Part shown: positions 12,716-25,800 of the stretch, piece by piece
How the letters are laid out: each line of letters begins with the position of its first letter
How positions within the stretch are numbered: position 1 is the stretch's first letter
From: Macrostomum lignano
Lineage: Eukaryota
Length of the DNA: 64,000 nt
Direction of reading: 5' to 3'
Assembly (NCBI GenBank): GCA_002269645.1
Contig: NIVC01002684.1
Coordinates: 1-64,000, forward strand
The notes under the pieces: model-generated
What the model saw: only the letters and a program-made list of their open reading frames with translations
Database searches by the model: none
What the model was told of the DNA's origin: nothing
Made by a program: the position numbers and the translations under genes

Positions 12716-12900
12716 AATATAGCAGTAAAACACAGATTAGTTCCCGACTGGACTGATTAGTCACTGCCAGCGCAAATCCATGTGCAAACACTCCTGATAG
12801 GACTTCCTTGATGAGGTAATTGGATTACGCATAAGCGTTAAGCGATGAATTGGCGATCATATTGCTGGTCTGCTGATTGCCTGAGCGGAACGCTGCACAA

Positions 12901-13345
12901 ATCTATGCCTGCTCCGTGAATCTATGCCTGCTCCGTGAATCTATGCCTGCTCCGTGAATCTATGCCTGCTCCGTGAATCTATGCCTGCTCCGTGAATCTA
13001 TGCCTGCTCCGTGAATCTATGCCTGCTCCGTGAATCTATGCCTGCTCCGTGAATCTATGCCTGCTCCGTGAATCTATGCCTGCTCCGTGAATCTATGCCT
13101 GCTCCGTGAATCTATGCCTGCTCCGTGAATCTATGCCTGCTCCGTGAATCTATGCCTGCTCCGTGAATCTATGCCTGCTCCGTGAATCTATGCCTGCTCC
13201 GTGAATCTATGCCTGCTCCGTGAATCTATGCCTGCTCCGTGAATCTATGCCTGCTCCGTGAATCTATGCCTGCTCCGTGAATCTATGCCTGCTCCGTGAA
13301 TCTATGCCTGCTCCGTGAATCTATGCCTGCTCCGTGAATCTATGC
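12901..13345. repeat. 19-bp minisatellite (AATCTATGCCTGCTCCGTG)
   Basis: About 23 perfect copies. Confidence 0.95.
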
Positions 13346-13840
13346 CTACTCCACACTTCGCACTAAGTGAATCTACATTCTACACGTATGCCATTCCAGC
13401 TCAAAATTCTACTCGAATTGTTATTATCGTTGACAGAAATCTGTGGAACAGCCGAGTACTGAACACAGTCCGCACTTCCCTCCCCTCTCCCCCTCGCTCT
13501 CCACTGCTGAAGTTACCCAACAGTCAGAGCACAGCCGAGTCCTTAGCACTAATCCCCAGCAGTTCGCCAGCTGTCGCACCAGGGTCCGCAGCGGCACACA
13601 GCTCACAGTTTTGCCAAACTTGGAAGGCAAAAATTGTTCTGTCCTTGAAGAGGCAGCCAGCACAGAGGGGAAAAATAGGCTAGTGGACGATACGCAGATC
13701 CCCAAGCCAACAAGTCAGAACCCAACTCTCTGCGAAAGCGTTTTTAGTCCTGGCGACAATTGGACTCCTATTGATCGTTAAACCCACGCTCTCTCTGTTA
13801 CACTTCCAATTCGACTCGCTAACTAAATTATCGAACAAGA

Positions 13841-16800
13841 ATGAATCTAACAGCCTTGACAACTGTCTGCATACTTTTTCTGATAGCTGTGCATCACACA
13901 GGTATGTAGCTGAATCAGCATCAATACTTGTACATTAGTTGCAAGAATATTTATATCATATATTATGCCATAGACACAACCAATTCTGCACACCCGGAGA
14001 GATCTATGCCATAGACACAACCAATCCTGCACACCCGGAGAGATCTATGCCATAGACACAACCAATCCTGCACACCCGGAGAGATCTATACCATAGACAC
14101 AACCAATCCTGCACACCCGAAGAGATCTATACCATAGACACAACCAATCCTGCACACCCGGAGAGATCTGTGCCATAGACACAACCAATCCTGCACACCC
14201 GGAGAGATCTATGCCATAGACACAACCAATCCTGCACACCCGGAGAGATCTGTGCCATAGACACAACCAATCCTGCACACCCGGAGAGATCTGTGCCATA
14301 GACACAACCAATCCTGCACACCCGGAGAGATCTATGCCATAGACACAACCAATCCTGCACACCCGGAGAGATCTGTGCCATAGACACAACCAATCCTGCA
14401 CACCCGGAGAGATCTGTGCCATAGACACAACCAATCCTGCACACCCGGAGAGATCTATACCATAGACACAACCAATCCTGCACACCCGGAGAGATCTATA
14501 CCATAGACACAACCAATCCTGCACACCCGGAGAGATCTATGCCATAGACACAACCAATCCTGCACACCCAGAGAGATCTATGCCATAGACACAACCAATC
14601 CTGCACACCCGGAGAGATCTATACCATAGACACAACCAATCCTGCACACCCGGAGAGATCTGTGCCATAGACACAACCAATCCTGCACACCCGGAGAGAT
14701 CTATGCCATAGACACAACCAATCCTGCACACCCGGAGAGATCTATGCCATAGACACAACCAATCCTGCACACCCGGAGAGATCTGTGCCATAGACACAAC
14801 CAATCCTGCACACCCGGAGAGATCTATGCCATAGACACAACCAATCCTGCACACCCGGAGAGATCTGTGCCATAGACACAACCAATCCTGCACACCCGGA
14901 GAGATCTATACCATAGACACAACCAATCCTGCACACCCGGAGAGATCTATACCATAGACACAACCAATCCTGCACACCCGGAGAGATCTATGCCATAGAC
15001 ACAACCAATCCTGCACACCCGGAGAGATCTATGCCATAGACACAACCAATCCTGCACACCCGGAGAGATCTGTGCCATAGACACAACCAATCCTGCACAC
15101 CCGGAGAGATCTATACCATAGACACAACCAATCCTGCACACCCGGAGAGATCTATGCCATAGACACAACCAATCCTGCACACCCGGAGAGATCTATGCCA
15201 TAGACACAACCAATCCTGCACACCCGGAGAGATCTATACCATAGACACAACCAATCCTGCACACCCGGAGATCTATGCCATAGACACAACCAATCCTGCA
15301 CACCCGGAGAGATCTATGCCATAGACACAACCAATCCTGCACACCCGGAGAGATCTGTGCCATAGACACAACCAATCCTGCACACCCGGAGAGATCTATG
15401 CCATAGACACAACCAATCCTGCACACCCGGAGAGATCTGTGCCATAGACACAACCAATCCTGCACACCCGAAGAGATCTATGCCATAGACACAACCAATC
15501 CTGCACACCCGGAGAGATCTGTGCCATAGACACAACCAATCCTGCACACCCGGAGAGATCTATGCCATAGACACAACCAATCCTGCACACCCGGAGAGAT
15601 CTGTGCCATAGACACAACCAATCCTGCACACCCGGAGAGATCTATGCCATAGACACAACCAATCCTGCACACCCGGAGAGATCTATGCCATAGACATAAC
15701 CTAATGCTTAACACAGAATAAACTTACATCTTCGGAAGCAAAATCTAATTCAGCAGTTTAAATTTCTGCCTCAACAGAACAGCTCACAGCTAATGGGACC
15801 ACGACTGCTCCGCCGCCGACGACTGCCCATACGACTACGACCGCCCCACCGCCAACGACATCGACAAATTCGACGACAGCGGCCAGCACGGCCAGCACGG
15901 CCACAACTCGCACCTCAGCAGCCACAACCGCCCAGTCTACCAGTGCATCCACCACCAGTGCATCCACCACCAGTGCATCCACCACCAGCGCATCCACCAC
16001 TGCCAAGCCCAGCCCGACAACAACTACTTCTACTACTAGTACTACAACTACTACGTCTACGACTACAACTACAACTACGGCGGCCACAACTACAGCTAAG
16101 AAGAAGCCAAAGCGACTGTGCAAGTTTCCGTTCTGGCATCGGAACGAGTGGCAGCACGAGTGCATGCCATACGGCTCCAAGGGCGCGCACTGGTGCTCGC
16201 TGACTCGGAACTTCACTAGGGATGAGGAGTGGCGAGACTGCGCTAGTGAGCTGGGATTGAGAACTGGGATTATTAGGATTGGGAACTGGGATTATTAGTA
16301 TTGGGAACTGGGATTATTAGGATTGGGAACTGGGATTATTAGGATTGGGAACTGGGATTACTGAGATTGGGAACTGGGATTTCCGGGATTGGGAACTGGA
16401 TGACTGGGATTGGGAAGTGGGATTACTGGGATTGGGAAGGGGGATTACTGGGATTACTGGGATTTGGAAGTGGGATTACTGGGATTGGGAAGTGGGATTA
16501 CTGGGATTTGGAAGTGGGATTACTGGGATTGGGAAGTGGGATTACTGAGATTGGGAAATGGGATTACTGGGATTGGGAACTGGGATTACTAGGATTGGGA
16601 ACTGGGATTTCCGGGATTGGGAACTGGATGACTGGGATTGGGAAGTGGGATTACTGGGATTGGGAAGTGGGATTACTGAGATTGGGAAGTGGGATTACTT
16701 GGATTGGGAACTGGGATTACTGGGATTGGGAAGTGGGATTATTATGATTAGGAATGTGACTGAGATGTTTTATTTCTGAAGTCCGGAGCTATTAAAGCGC

Positions 16801-18064
16801 CATCAGAAATATTTTAACCCTGCAGGATACGACCTGATGCGGTACAAGTGCTCTGTGCCATTCCACCACGCGGGCAAGACGCACACCGAGTGCCAGCCGC
16901 TGCAGCTGGAGCCACTGGCCCGGCGAATCTTCTGGTGCTCCCTGGTGCCCAGCATCTCCAGCGTCACCTGGGCGAACCTCGGCACCGACTGGACCTTCTG
17001 CGAGGCGGCCAACGCCACCGGCCCCGACTACCTGAAATCCGTGGCCGGCTATCGTAGCCAGGCCGACGCCCAGATTCACGGTAACCATGGCAACAAGAAT
17101 GACACAACTATGGCGAAACTTATTGAGCACGCTGTGCAGCAGGCGGGCGACTCAAAATCGGCGAGTTCCGATGGCGACTCCACCGGAAGTGGCGGAGCCG
17201 CAGCCGCCACGCCGAGCTCCGTGCTGGGCGTCGCTCTGGGCATCGTTGGTCTGATCTTGGCCGCTGTGGCCGTGGCGGCCGCCTTTGCCGTGCACAGGAG
17301 GTAATTCAGGGGGTGCGAAACTACCTCTGATGTGATAAGCGCCTTGAGATTTTCTAACTCTTCACTTCAGTGATTAGAGGTCCGCATTTCATGCTTCACC
17401 ATTCACAATTCACGATTCACGTTTCACGCTTTACCATTCACAATTCACGAATCACGATTCACGAATCAAGATTCACGAATCAAGATTCCCGATTCACGAT
17501 TCATAATTCACGGTTCACGATTCATGATTCACGATTCACGCTTTACCATTCGCGATTCACGATTCACGCTTCATGATTTATTATTCACAATTCACGCTTT
17601 ATTATTCGTGATTCACGATTCACGCTTCATGATTTGTGACTCACAATTCCCGCTTTACTATTCGCGATTCACGATTCACGCTTTATAATTCACGACTCAC
17701 GATTCACGGTTCACGATTCATGATTCACGATTCACGCTTTACCATTCGCGATTCGTGATTCGTGCTTTAAGATTCACGATTCATAATTCACAACTCAAGA
17801 TTCTCGATTCACGCTTCGTATTCTTAAATTATTGCACGATCTCGGTTCGCCACTTCACACGCTTTTTAAACTACTGTCGAGCTTCATAGTAGTCTGAAAG
17901 GGTTTTTAATTGAAGAATCAAGCTGGGTAAGAATAATTGCTATTAAACGAACAATCCGCCGGGCCCATTCCAGAAATCAGTACAAGCGGATCGATCCGCT
18001 GCTCTCGTCTGAGCAGGGAGCCGACAAAAGCAGCTACGGTGGAATGCAGGCCTATCACGACTGA
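13841..18064 (+). CDS. Type I membrane protein: signal peptide, Thr-rich mucin region, two fibronectin type II (FN2)-like domains, TM, short tail; 364 aa
   Basis: Exons 13841-13901 (MNLTALTTVCILFLIAVHHT), 15778-16245, 16826-17300 and 17974-18064, intron phases 1/1/2, total 1095 nt in frame. FN2-1: CKFPFWHRNEWQHEC..GAHWCSLTRNFTRDEEWRDC. FN2-2 (divergent): CSVPFHHAGKTHTEC..FWCSL..DWTFC. TM: VLGVALGIVGLILAAVAVAAAFAV. Tail: RRNQYKRIDPLLSSEQGADKSSYGGMQAYHD. The last exon is inferred; the alternative is a stop at 17304. Confidence 0.8.
13966..15690. repeat. 41-bp intronic minisatellite (ATCTATGCCATAGACACAACCAATCCTGCACACCCGGAGAG)
   Basis: About 42 copies fill intron 1 of the FN2 gene. It is the source of the repeated MQDWLCL ORFs. 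Confidence 0.95.
16251..16745. repeat. G-rich intronic array (CTGGGATTGGGAAGTGGGATTA-like)
   Basis: Starts about 5 nt after the donor of FN2-gene intron 2 and contains dense GGG runs. Confidence 0.9.
17395..17820. repeat. Degenerate 7-mer array (TTCACGA)n
   Basis: Lies in FN2-gene intron 3. Confidence 0.85.
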
Positions 18065-18376
18065 CCGCGGCTCTGTCGCTTCCTCATCTTGCTTGCGATT
18101 TGTTCCTTATTAAACGTTTACTAATCATTGAAACTTCATGCTTATAATTATGATCAAACAATACAATTTAAACAGGTCATGCTGCCGTGTACGGCATTAA
18201 CTTAAAATCTGATCGCTTGTGAGCTTGCCGATCACCATCCAGGGCGCGGGTTTTATTGTTGGATTTTTGAAGTGATTTCATTCCAAGAAAGAATTATTCT
18301 GCGTCTGCCCATTCAGGGATCAAAAATTAGAGAACTCCTTGTGCTTTTCTGTGAATGGATCATCTCAGTGTATTCT

Positions 18377-18540
18377 CCCTAGATCTTAGTCCAGTCTCAC
18401 TAGATCTCAGTCCAGTCTCACTAGATCTCATTCCAGTCTCACTAGATCTCAGTCCAGTCTCACACTTAGATCTTAGTCCTGTCTCACTAGATCTCAGTCC
18501 AGTCTCACACTTAGATCTTAGTCCAGTCTCGCTAGATCTC
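18377..18540. repeat. 21-bp minisatellite (TAGATCTCAGTCCAGTCTCAC)
   Basis: About 7-8 copies, intergenic. Confidence 0.85.
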
Positions 18541-19325
18541 TGGGCTCTGAGCGTCTGTGATGACGAATGTCACTCAATTGTGACCAGGCGATATTTCGGT
18601 TGCTTGCATAATTTCAATGTACTTCAGTCAAGTTATAAGAAACTTTTATGTATTACTCTACTAATAGTAGAAAGGAAATACGTTACCAATAAAATCATTA
18701 AAATGTTTATTACATCTGCTGCCCTGGAAAAATTAGCAGGTCTTAATCACTTCACTACATAAGGGTTGCAACTTTCTTAGTCATTTCTTATAGTTCATCT
18801 GCACTCGTCTCTGTTTACTGTTTTCTCTCCCTCTCTGTCCAGTTCAATCTTGTCATTCTTATCTCTCCCATTGCTGCCTTCTGATTGGCTGTTCAATCTC
18901 GCCTCTTTCCTTAGTCGCGCACTTCACTCCACCCCTCCTTTTCCTATTTGCACTCAACCCCCCAGTTAATGTCTTTTAAATGTACCTGTTTAAGTCCATC
19001 GCCCTACTTACTGTTTGGTTTCAACTCTAATCGAATAGTTTTCCTAAATAAAATTTTATTACACAGAGCTGTCAGTTGAAGCAAAAACTTTCGGGAAGCA
19101 GCTCGAAAACTCGATGAAAGTGTAGCGTTTACTAAAGGTTATTTTGTTTGTGGAGTTAAATTGCCGCGATATTTCTGAACCATAGGACTGCATCGTGACA
19201 GCCAACATCCGGTTACCGGAAAGACCAAACGAAAAATGATTCCAGCGATCAACCTCTCTATTCTGACAGTATAAAATCAACAGTATTCACAATTGCAGCC
19301 AGTTCCCGGACAAACATCTCCAATT

Positions 19326-20191
19326 ATGCTGCTAGTAGTTCAACTGTTTCTGTGTTGCTGCTGAATCTGCAGGTGGAAGCAGCAGACTCGTCCAACAACC
19401 AAGAGCGATGCGAACCAATCGCAGTTCCAATGTGTCAGGGGCTTGGCTACAATTTTACTACCAAGACGCATAGCCTGATGGGCAGTGACCAAGAAGAGAT
19501 TGGCCTTAATCTGCACTCATTCAGGCCGCTGGTCCAGGTTGGATGCTCAAAGGACCTGAAATTCTTTCTCTGCTCTGCCGCACTTCCGATGTGCGCACCG
19601 AGTTACGCGCGGCCAATTGGTCCGTGCCGTCATCTGTGTAAGAGAGCTCGGCGAGGCTGCCGACCCTTGCTGCGGCAGTACGGATTCGACTGGCCAAGTG
19701 TGCTCAGGTGCAGTCGCTTCCCGGATGCTGGAGGAAACAGACTGTGTTTGGGGGACCTGGATAGCGGTGGCGGTAGCTTCGGAAGGGGAAGCGCCGACCG
19801 AGATGGGAGCGGAAGCGGCGACCGAGATGGGAGCGGAAGCGCCGACCGAGATGGGAGCGGAAGCGCCGACCGAGATGGGAGCGGAAGCGCCGACCGAGAT
19901 GGGAGCGGAAGCGCCGACCGAGATGGGAGCGGAAGCGCCGACCGAGATGGGAGCGGAAGCGCCGACCGAGATGGGAGCGGAAGCGCCGACCGAGATGGGA
20001 GCGGAAGCGCCGACCGAGATGGGAGCGGAAGCGCCGACCGAGATGGGAGCGGAAGCGGCGACCGAGACGGAAGCGGAAGCGGCGACCGAGACAGAAGCGG
20101 AAGCGGCGACCGAGACGGAAGCGGAAGCGGCGACCGAGACGGAAGCGGAAGCGCCAACGACGGCGATAGAAGCGAAACCTGCGAATGTTAA
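19326..20191 (+). CDS. Secreted Frizzled-5/8-type cysteine-rich domain protein with 15x DRDGSGS[AG] repeat and no TM domain
   Basis: Complete 10-Cys Fz CRD (RCEPIAVPMCQGLGYNFT..GCSKDLKFFLCS..PCRHLCKRARRGCRPLLRQYGFDWPSVLRCSRFP..LC). The 24-bp coding repeat at 19796-20155 is exactly 15 units, and the ORF ends CEC-stop. ATG 19326 gives a signal peptide (MLLVVQLFL..LLLNLQVEA) if one base is missing near 19350. Confidence 0.8.
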
Positions 20192-20564
20192 ATAGGCAGC
20201 AGAGACGGCAGCGGCATTGACGATTGACTCAACTATTCTTCTTCCGGTTGACGAAACTTTATGATGAATTTTACTCATGTATGAAAAATTTAATAATACA
20301 GACAACTACACGTCCAAGGCTTTAGGCTTCTGCAGGTGATCTCATTCTATGTGTAGTTTGGGTTTGACTTTGTGTTGTGTCACTATGTTTCCTCAGTCAA
20401 GCGGCGCTTAGGGCTAGCGCTTTTTCATGCTTTTTTAACTCCTGCTGATAATCAAAAACACACACCGGCATTGTACGTCTACTTGCACCCTGGCACAATA
20501 GCAATTAGTGCATAAAACATAGATATAAAGATTTTCCTGGACATATTTGCGTTCTCCAGGATTT

Positions 20565-21716
20565 TATTCTGACTTGAGTGAGTGGGTGACTGACTGACTG
20601 ACTGACTTGAGTGAGTGGGTGACTGACTGACTGACTGACTGACACTATTTGACTGACTGACTGACTGACTGACTGACTGACTGACTGACTTGAGTGAGTG
20701 GGTGACTGACTGACTGACTGACTGACACTATTTGACTGACTGACTGACTGACTGACTGACTGACTGATTGACTGACTGACTGACTGACTGACTGACTGAC
20801 TGACTGACTGACTGACTGACACTATTTGACTGACTGACTGACTGACTGACTGACTGACTGACACTATTTGACTGACTGACTGACTGACTGACTGACTGAT
20901 TGACTGACTGACTGACTGACTGACTGACTGACTGACTGACTGACTGACTGATTGATTGACTGACTGACTGACTGACTGACTGACTGACTGACTGACTGAC
21001 TGACTGATTGATTGACTGACTGACTGACTGACTGACTGACTGACTGACTGACTGACTGACTGACTGACTGACTGACTGACTGACTGACTGACTGACTGAC
21101 TGACTGACACTATTTGACTGACTGACTGACTGACTGACTGACACTATTTGACTGACTGACTGACTGACTGACTGACTGACTGACTGACTGATACTATTTG
21201 ACTGACTGACTGACTGACTGACTGACTGACTGACTGACTGACTGACTGACTGACTGACACTATTTGACTGATTGACTGACTGACTGACTGACACTATTTG
21301 ACTGACTGACTGACTGACTGACTGACTGATTGACTGACTGACTGACTGACTGACTGACTGACTGATTGACTGACTGACTGACTGACTGACTGACTGACTG
21401 ACTGACTGACTGACTGACTGACTGACTGACTGACTGACTGATACTATTTGACTGACTGACTGACTGACTGACTGACTGACTGACTGACTGACTGACTGAC
21501 TGACTGACACTATTTGACTGATTGACTGACTGACTGACTGACACTATTTGACTGACTGACTGACTGACTGACTGACTGACTGACTGACTGACTGACTGAC
21601 TGACTGACTGACTGATTGACTGACTGACTGACTGACTGACTGACTGACTGACTGACTGACTGACTGACTGACTGACTGACTGACTGACTGACTGACTGAC
21701 TGACTGATTGATTGAT

Positions 21717-21752
<36 letters not shown>

Positions 21753-21915
21753 TGACTGACTGACTGACTGACTGACTGACTGACTGACTGACTGACTGAC
21801 TGACTGACTGACTGACTGACTGACTGACTGACTGACTGACTGACTGACTGACTGACTGACTGACTGACTGACTGACTGACTGACTGACTGACTGACTGAC
21901 TGACTGACTGACTAG
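20565..21915. repeat. (GACT)n microsatellite, ~1.35 kb
   Basis: Tetranucleotide array with recurrent GACACTATTT interruptions. The SQSV ORFs are artefacts. Confidence 0.95.
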
Positions 21916-22849
21916 TTTGACTAGTTTATCAACTAGTTTGACTCATCTGCTTGGCTCCCCCACCCACCCACGAACAGCCTCTATTATTCCGACAGAGTCT
22001 GTCGATCGGTGAGCTGCTAAAAAATTCAGAGACAGAGGCGAGGCAGCCCCTGCTTTAACCAAAAGACCGCAGTGGCCGTCTCAGCCCACCATACAAGGAA
22101 TATCTGTTGGAAGTGCTTAGTTGAGGCAGTGGGAGGCCACAGCACAGCAGGCTGCACAGCGCATAGCGACTCTCCCCAATAACAATTCTCCCACAGTGGC
22201 AGACTGCGCAGTGGCTTCTGCTCCGCATGCAACCAGCAGTTTTTTTTCTCTCTCGCAGCCCAGCTCTGCAGCTGAAAATTTCGCGTCCACGCGAATGGAA
22301 CTTCGATTATCGATTCGAGTTTTCTTTTGGAAGGAGGCGGGTGTAGAGAGGGTGGTGAGTGGGGGGTTACTTCGCAGAGAGAAGGAGCAAAAGCATTGAA
22401 GGCGAACTGAAGGCAGCAATGTCTTTGGGAGGAAAACCTTGAGCTTGCTGACTGACTGAGTCTCCGGTCTGGTGGGTGGGTGAGGTTGGTTCTTTTTCCT
22501 GCTGGTAGCAAAGCGAGATCGGGCTGTGGTGGCTCGGATGGCCCGGTAGCGCCCTCCCTCCTCGCCCGCCCGTCCCCCGGAGCCGCAGCGCTGCAACGCC
22601 AACCAGTGGCCGCGGCGTTCGCTGACTGTTCGGTTCTTCAGGCCAGCCCCGCTCTGGCCTTGGCGCATTGAAAGCAGCAAAATAAGCTGACACTGAGAAG
22701 GGAGCGAACACGCAGAGACAGAGAGAGAGAGGACAGGAGGATATCGCAAGCGGCTACTTCCCGATCTCTCCAGCCTCCCTGTTCCAGGTAAATTTTTCCC
22801 GAGCGACAACAGCAACCGGGGGAGACTGTCAGGAAGTCACGGCTCGCTA

Positions 22850-25800
22850 ATGGCCTGTCGATTCCGGATTTTTGCAGCCTCGCTGCTGCTAATCGGTGAG
22901 TTCAACCTGGTGCCGTGTGCAGTTCCGCTTCTGAGGCTCTGTTGACGTCCGTTGGGGATTTTTTATACCTTTTGACATTACATGCACTCCTAAAGACCAG
23001 TGCGGACCATTTGCGACTCTTGGAGGACAGGAGATTTTTTGAGACATTAGATGACCATTAAATAACTATCTGTGACCTCTGGGAATCATTGAGAATCATA
23101 GAAGATCATTGGGACCATTGGGGAAAATTTGGGACCATTGGGCACCATGGGAGACCATTGGAGACCATTGGGCACTGTGGGAGACCATTGGGGACCTTTG
23201 GGGACCATTGGGGCCCATTGGGGACCATTGGGAACCATTGGAGACCATTGGGGACCATTGGAGACCATTGGGCACCGCGGGAGACCATTGGGGACCTTTG
23301 GGGACCATTGGAGACCATTGGGGACCATTGGAGACCATTGGGCACCGCGGGAGACCTTTGGGGACCATTGGGAACCATTGGAGACCATTGGGGACCTTTG
23401 GGGGACCATTGGGGACCATTGGGGACCATTGGAGACCATTGGGGACCATTGGAGACCATTGGGCACCGCGGGAGACCATGAGAGACCATTAAAGTAGTCC
23501 GTTAAAGCGATCTACTTTACCACCAGAGAGACCAGTTTTGTAAAAAAAACTTTCGCCTAATCATTTTGTTCAGTCATTTTCGAGTCTCTAAGCTGCCATG
23601 CCAGCGATGAGCCGACTCTGCGCGAGTTGATGGAGCAGGACCTGAAGGCCAAGCAGCAGGCCGAGCTGGGACTGTCACCCACGCCTACAGCCGAGTCGTC
23701 TGGCAAGAAGGCGGCCACGACGGCTGCCAGCTCATCGGATGACAAGTGAGAGACTGCAGCATCCGCTTGCTGGGATTATTTGGGCAGCAACTGCTTGCAG
23801 TAATGCTCACGCAATGTTCCATAGCAGGGGCAGGCAAACTCCGGCTCGCGGGGCGAAGCTTCTTTATTGGGCCCTCGGATCCGTGAAACCTCACGGATTG
23901 AATAGCAATCCGGCCCGCTTAAAGTTTCTGTCTCTTATCAGCCCCCTATTCTTTTTTTCTCCTCTCTCCTCTCTCCTCTCATCTCCCCTCTCCTCTCTCC
24001 CTCCTCTCTCCTCTCTGCTTCCTCTCTCTTCTTTCCCTCCTCTCTCATCTCGTCTCTCCTCTCCTCTCCTCTCTCCCCTTTTCTCTCTCCCCTCCTTTCC
24101 CCTTCCTCTCCTCTTTCCTCTCTCCCCTAGTTGTTCCTTGTTCCTTGAGTTCCCCTAGTGCTTGTTCCTTCCATGATTAAAACAAAATACCGCGCTCCCT
24201 TACCATCCAACTCGCCTCGAGTCAGAGTGCTCACTCCAACTGGTCTCGAATCAGAGTGCTCACTCCAACTGGTCTCGAATCAGAGTGCTCACTCCAACTG
24301 GTCTCGAATCAGAGTGCTCACTCCAACTGGTCTCGAATCAGAGTGCTCACTCCAACTGGTCTCGAATCAGAGTGCTCACTCCAACTGGTCTCGAATCAGA
24401 GTGCTCACTCCAACTGGTCTCGAATCAGAGTGCTCACTTCAACTGGTCTCGAATCAGAGTGCTCACTCCAACTCACTCGTCTCAAATCAGAGTGCTCACT
24501 CCAACTCGTCTCGAATCAGAGTGCTCACTCCAACTCGTCTCGAATCAGAGTGTTCACTCCAACTCACTTGTCTCGAATCAGAGTGTTCACTCTAACTCAC
24601 TCGTCTCGAATCAGAGTGCTCACTCTAACTCACTCGTCTCGAATCAGAGTACTCACTCTAACTCACTCGTCTCGAATCAGAGTGCTCACTCCAACTCGTC
24701 TCGAATCAGAGTGTTCACTCCAACTCACTCGTCTCGAATCAGAGTGCTCACTCCAACTCGTCTCGAATCAGAGTGCTCACTCCAACTCGTCTCGAATCAT
24801 AGTGCTCACTCTAACTCACTCGTCTCGAATCATAGTGCTCACTCCAACTCGTCTCAAATCAGAGTGCTCACTCCAACTCACTCGTCTCGAATCAGAGTGC
24901 TCACTCCAACTCACTCGTCTCGAATCAGAGTGGTCACTCCAACTCACTCGTCTCGAATCAGAGTGCTCACTCCAACTCACTCGTCTCGAATCAGAGTGGT
25001 CACTCCAACTCACTCGTCTCGAATCAGAGTGCTCACTCCAACTGGCCTCGAATCAGAGTGCTCACTCCAACTCGTCTCGAATCATAGTGCTCACTCCAAC
25101 TCACTCGTCTCGAATCAGAGTGCTCACTCCAACTCACAGTAAAGCTGAGTAGCTGCTCCAACCCATCTCTAAGCAGGGTTACGGCTTACTGCTCAACTTC
25201 ACTTGGACTCAGAATGTCTGCTTTAACTCACCTCAATGCTGAGTCTTTGTTTCAACTCTCCGGTCGTGCCAGCTACACCAACTATCACTGTGGCTTCGCT
25301 TTTCAGGAAAGGCAAAAAAAGACAAGAGTAAAAAGGGCAAGAAAGATGCAAAGAAGGATAAGAAGGACAAGAAAGATGACAAGAAGGACAAGAAGGACAA
25401 GAAGGACAAGAAAGACAAGAAGGACAAGAAAGATGACAAGAAGGACAAGAAAGATGACAAGGACAAGAAAGATGACAAGAAGGACAAGAAGAAGAAAAAG
25501 AAGGCTGCCGCAGCTGTGGCCAGCCACCAAGAGATGTCGGCCCAGGCGCAGCACCAGGCGCCGGTTAAGCAGAGCGGCGGCTCGGCTCCCAGCGGTGCCA
25601 CCCTCGGCACCTCCGCCATGATCGGCATCGGCGTTGGCGTCGGCGTCGCCTGCCTGGTGGCCGTCGGCTCAGTTATCGGTGTGCTGGTGCACCTCAGGTG
25701 AGACTATTTGGTGCCAGTTGGCAGGGGAGCATTTGGCAAACCTTCTGGTGAAGCTTCGTGCACGAGGTAAAAATGAATGCGGACGCTCATGGAATCGAAC

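Noticed and set aside
11477-15690. Regular 19-41-bp repeats as a CRISPR array
   Set aside because: Units are head-to-tail with no unique spacers, there are no cas genes, and the context is eukaryotic and intronic.
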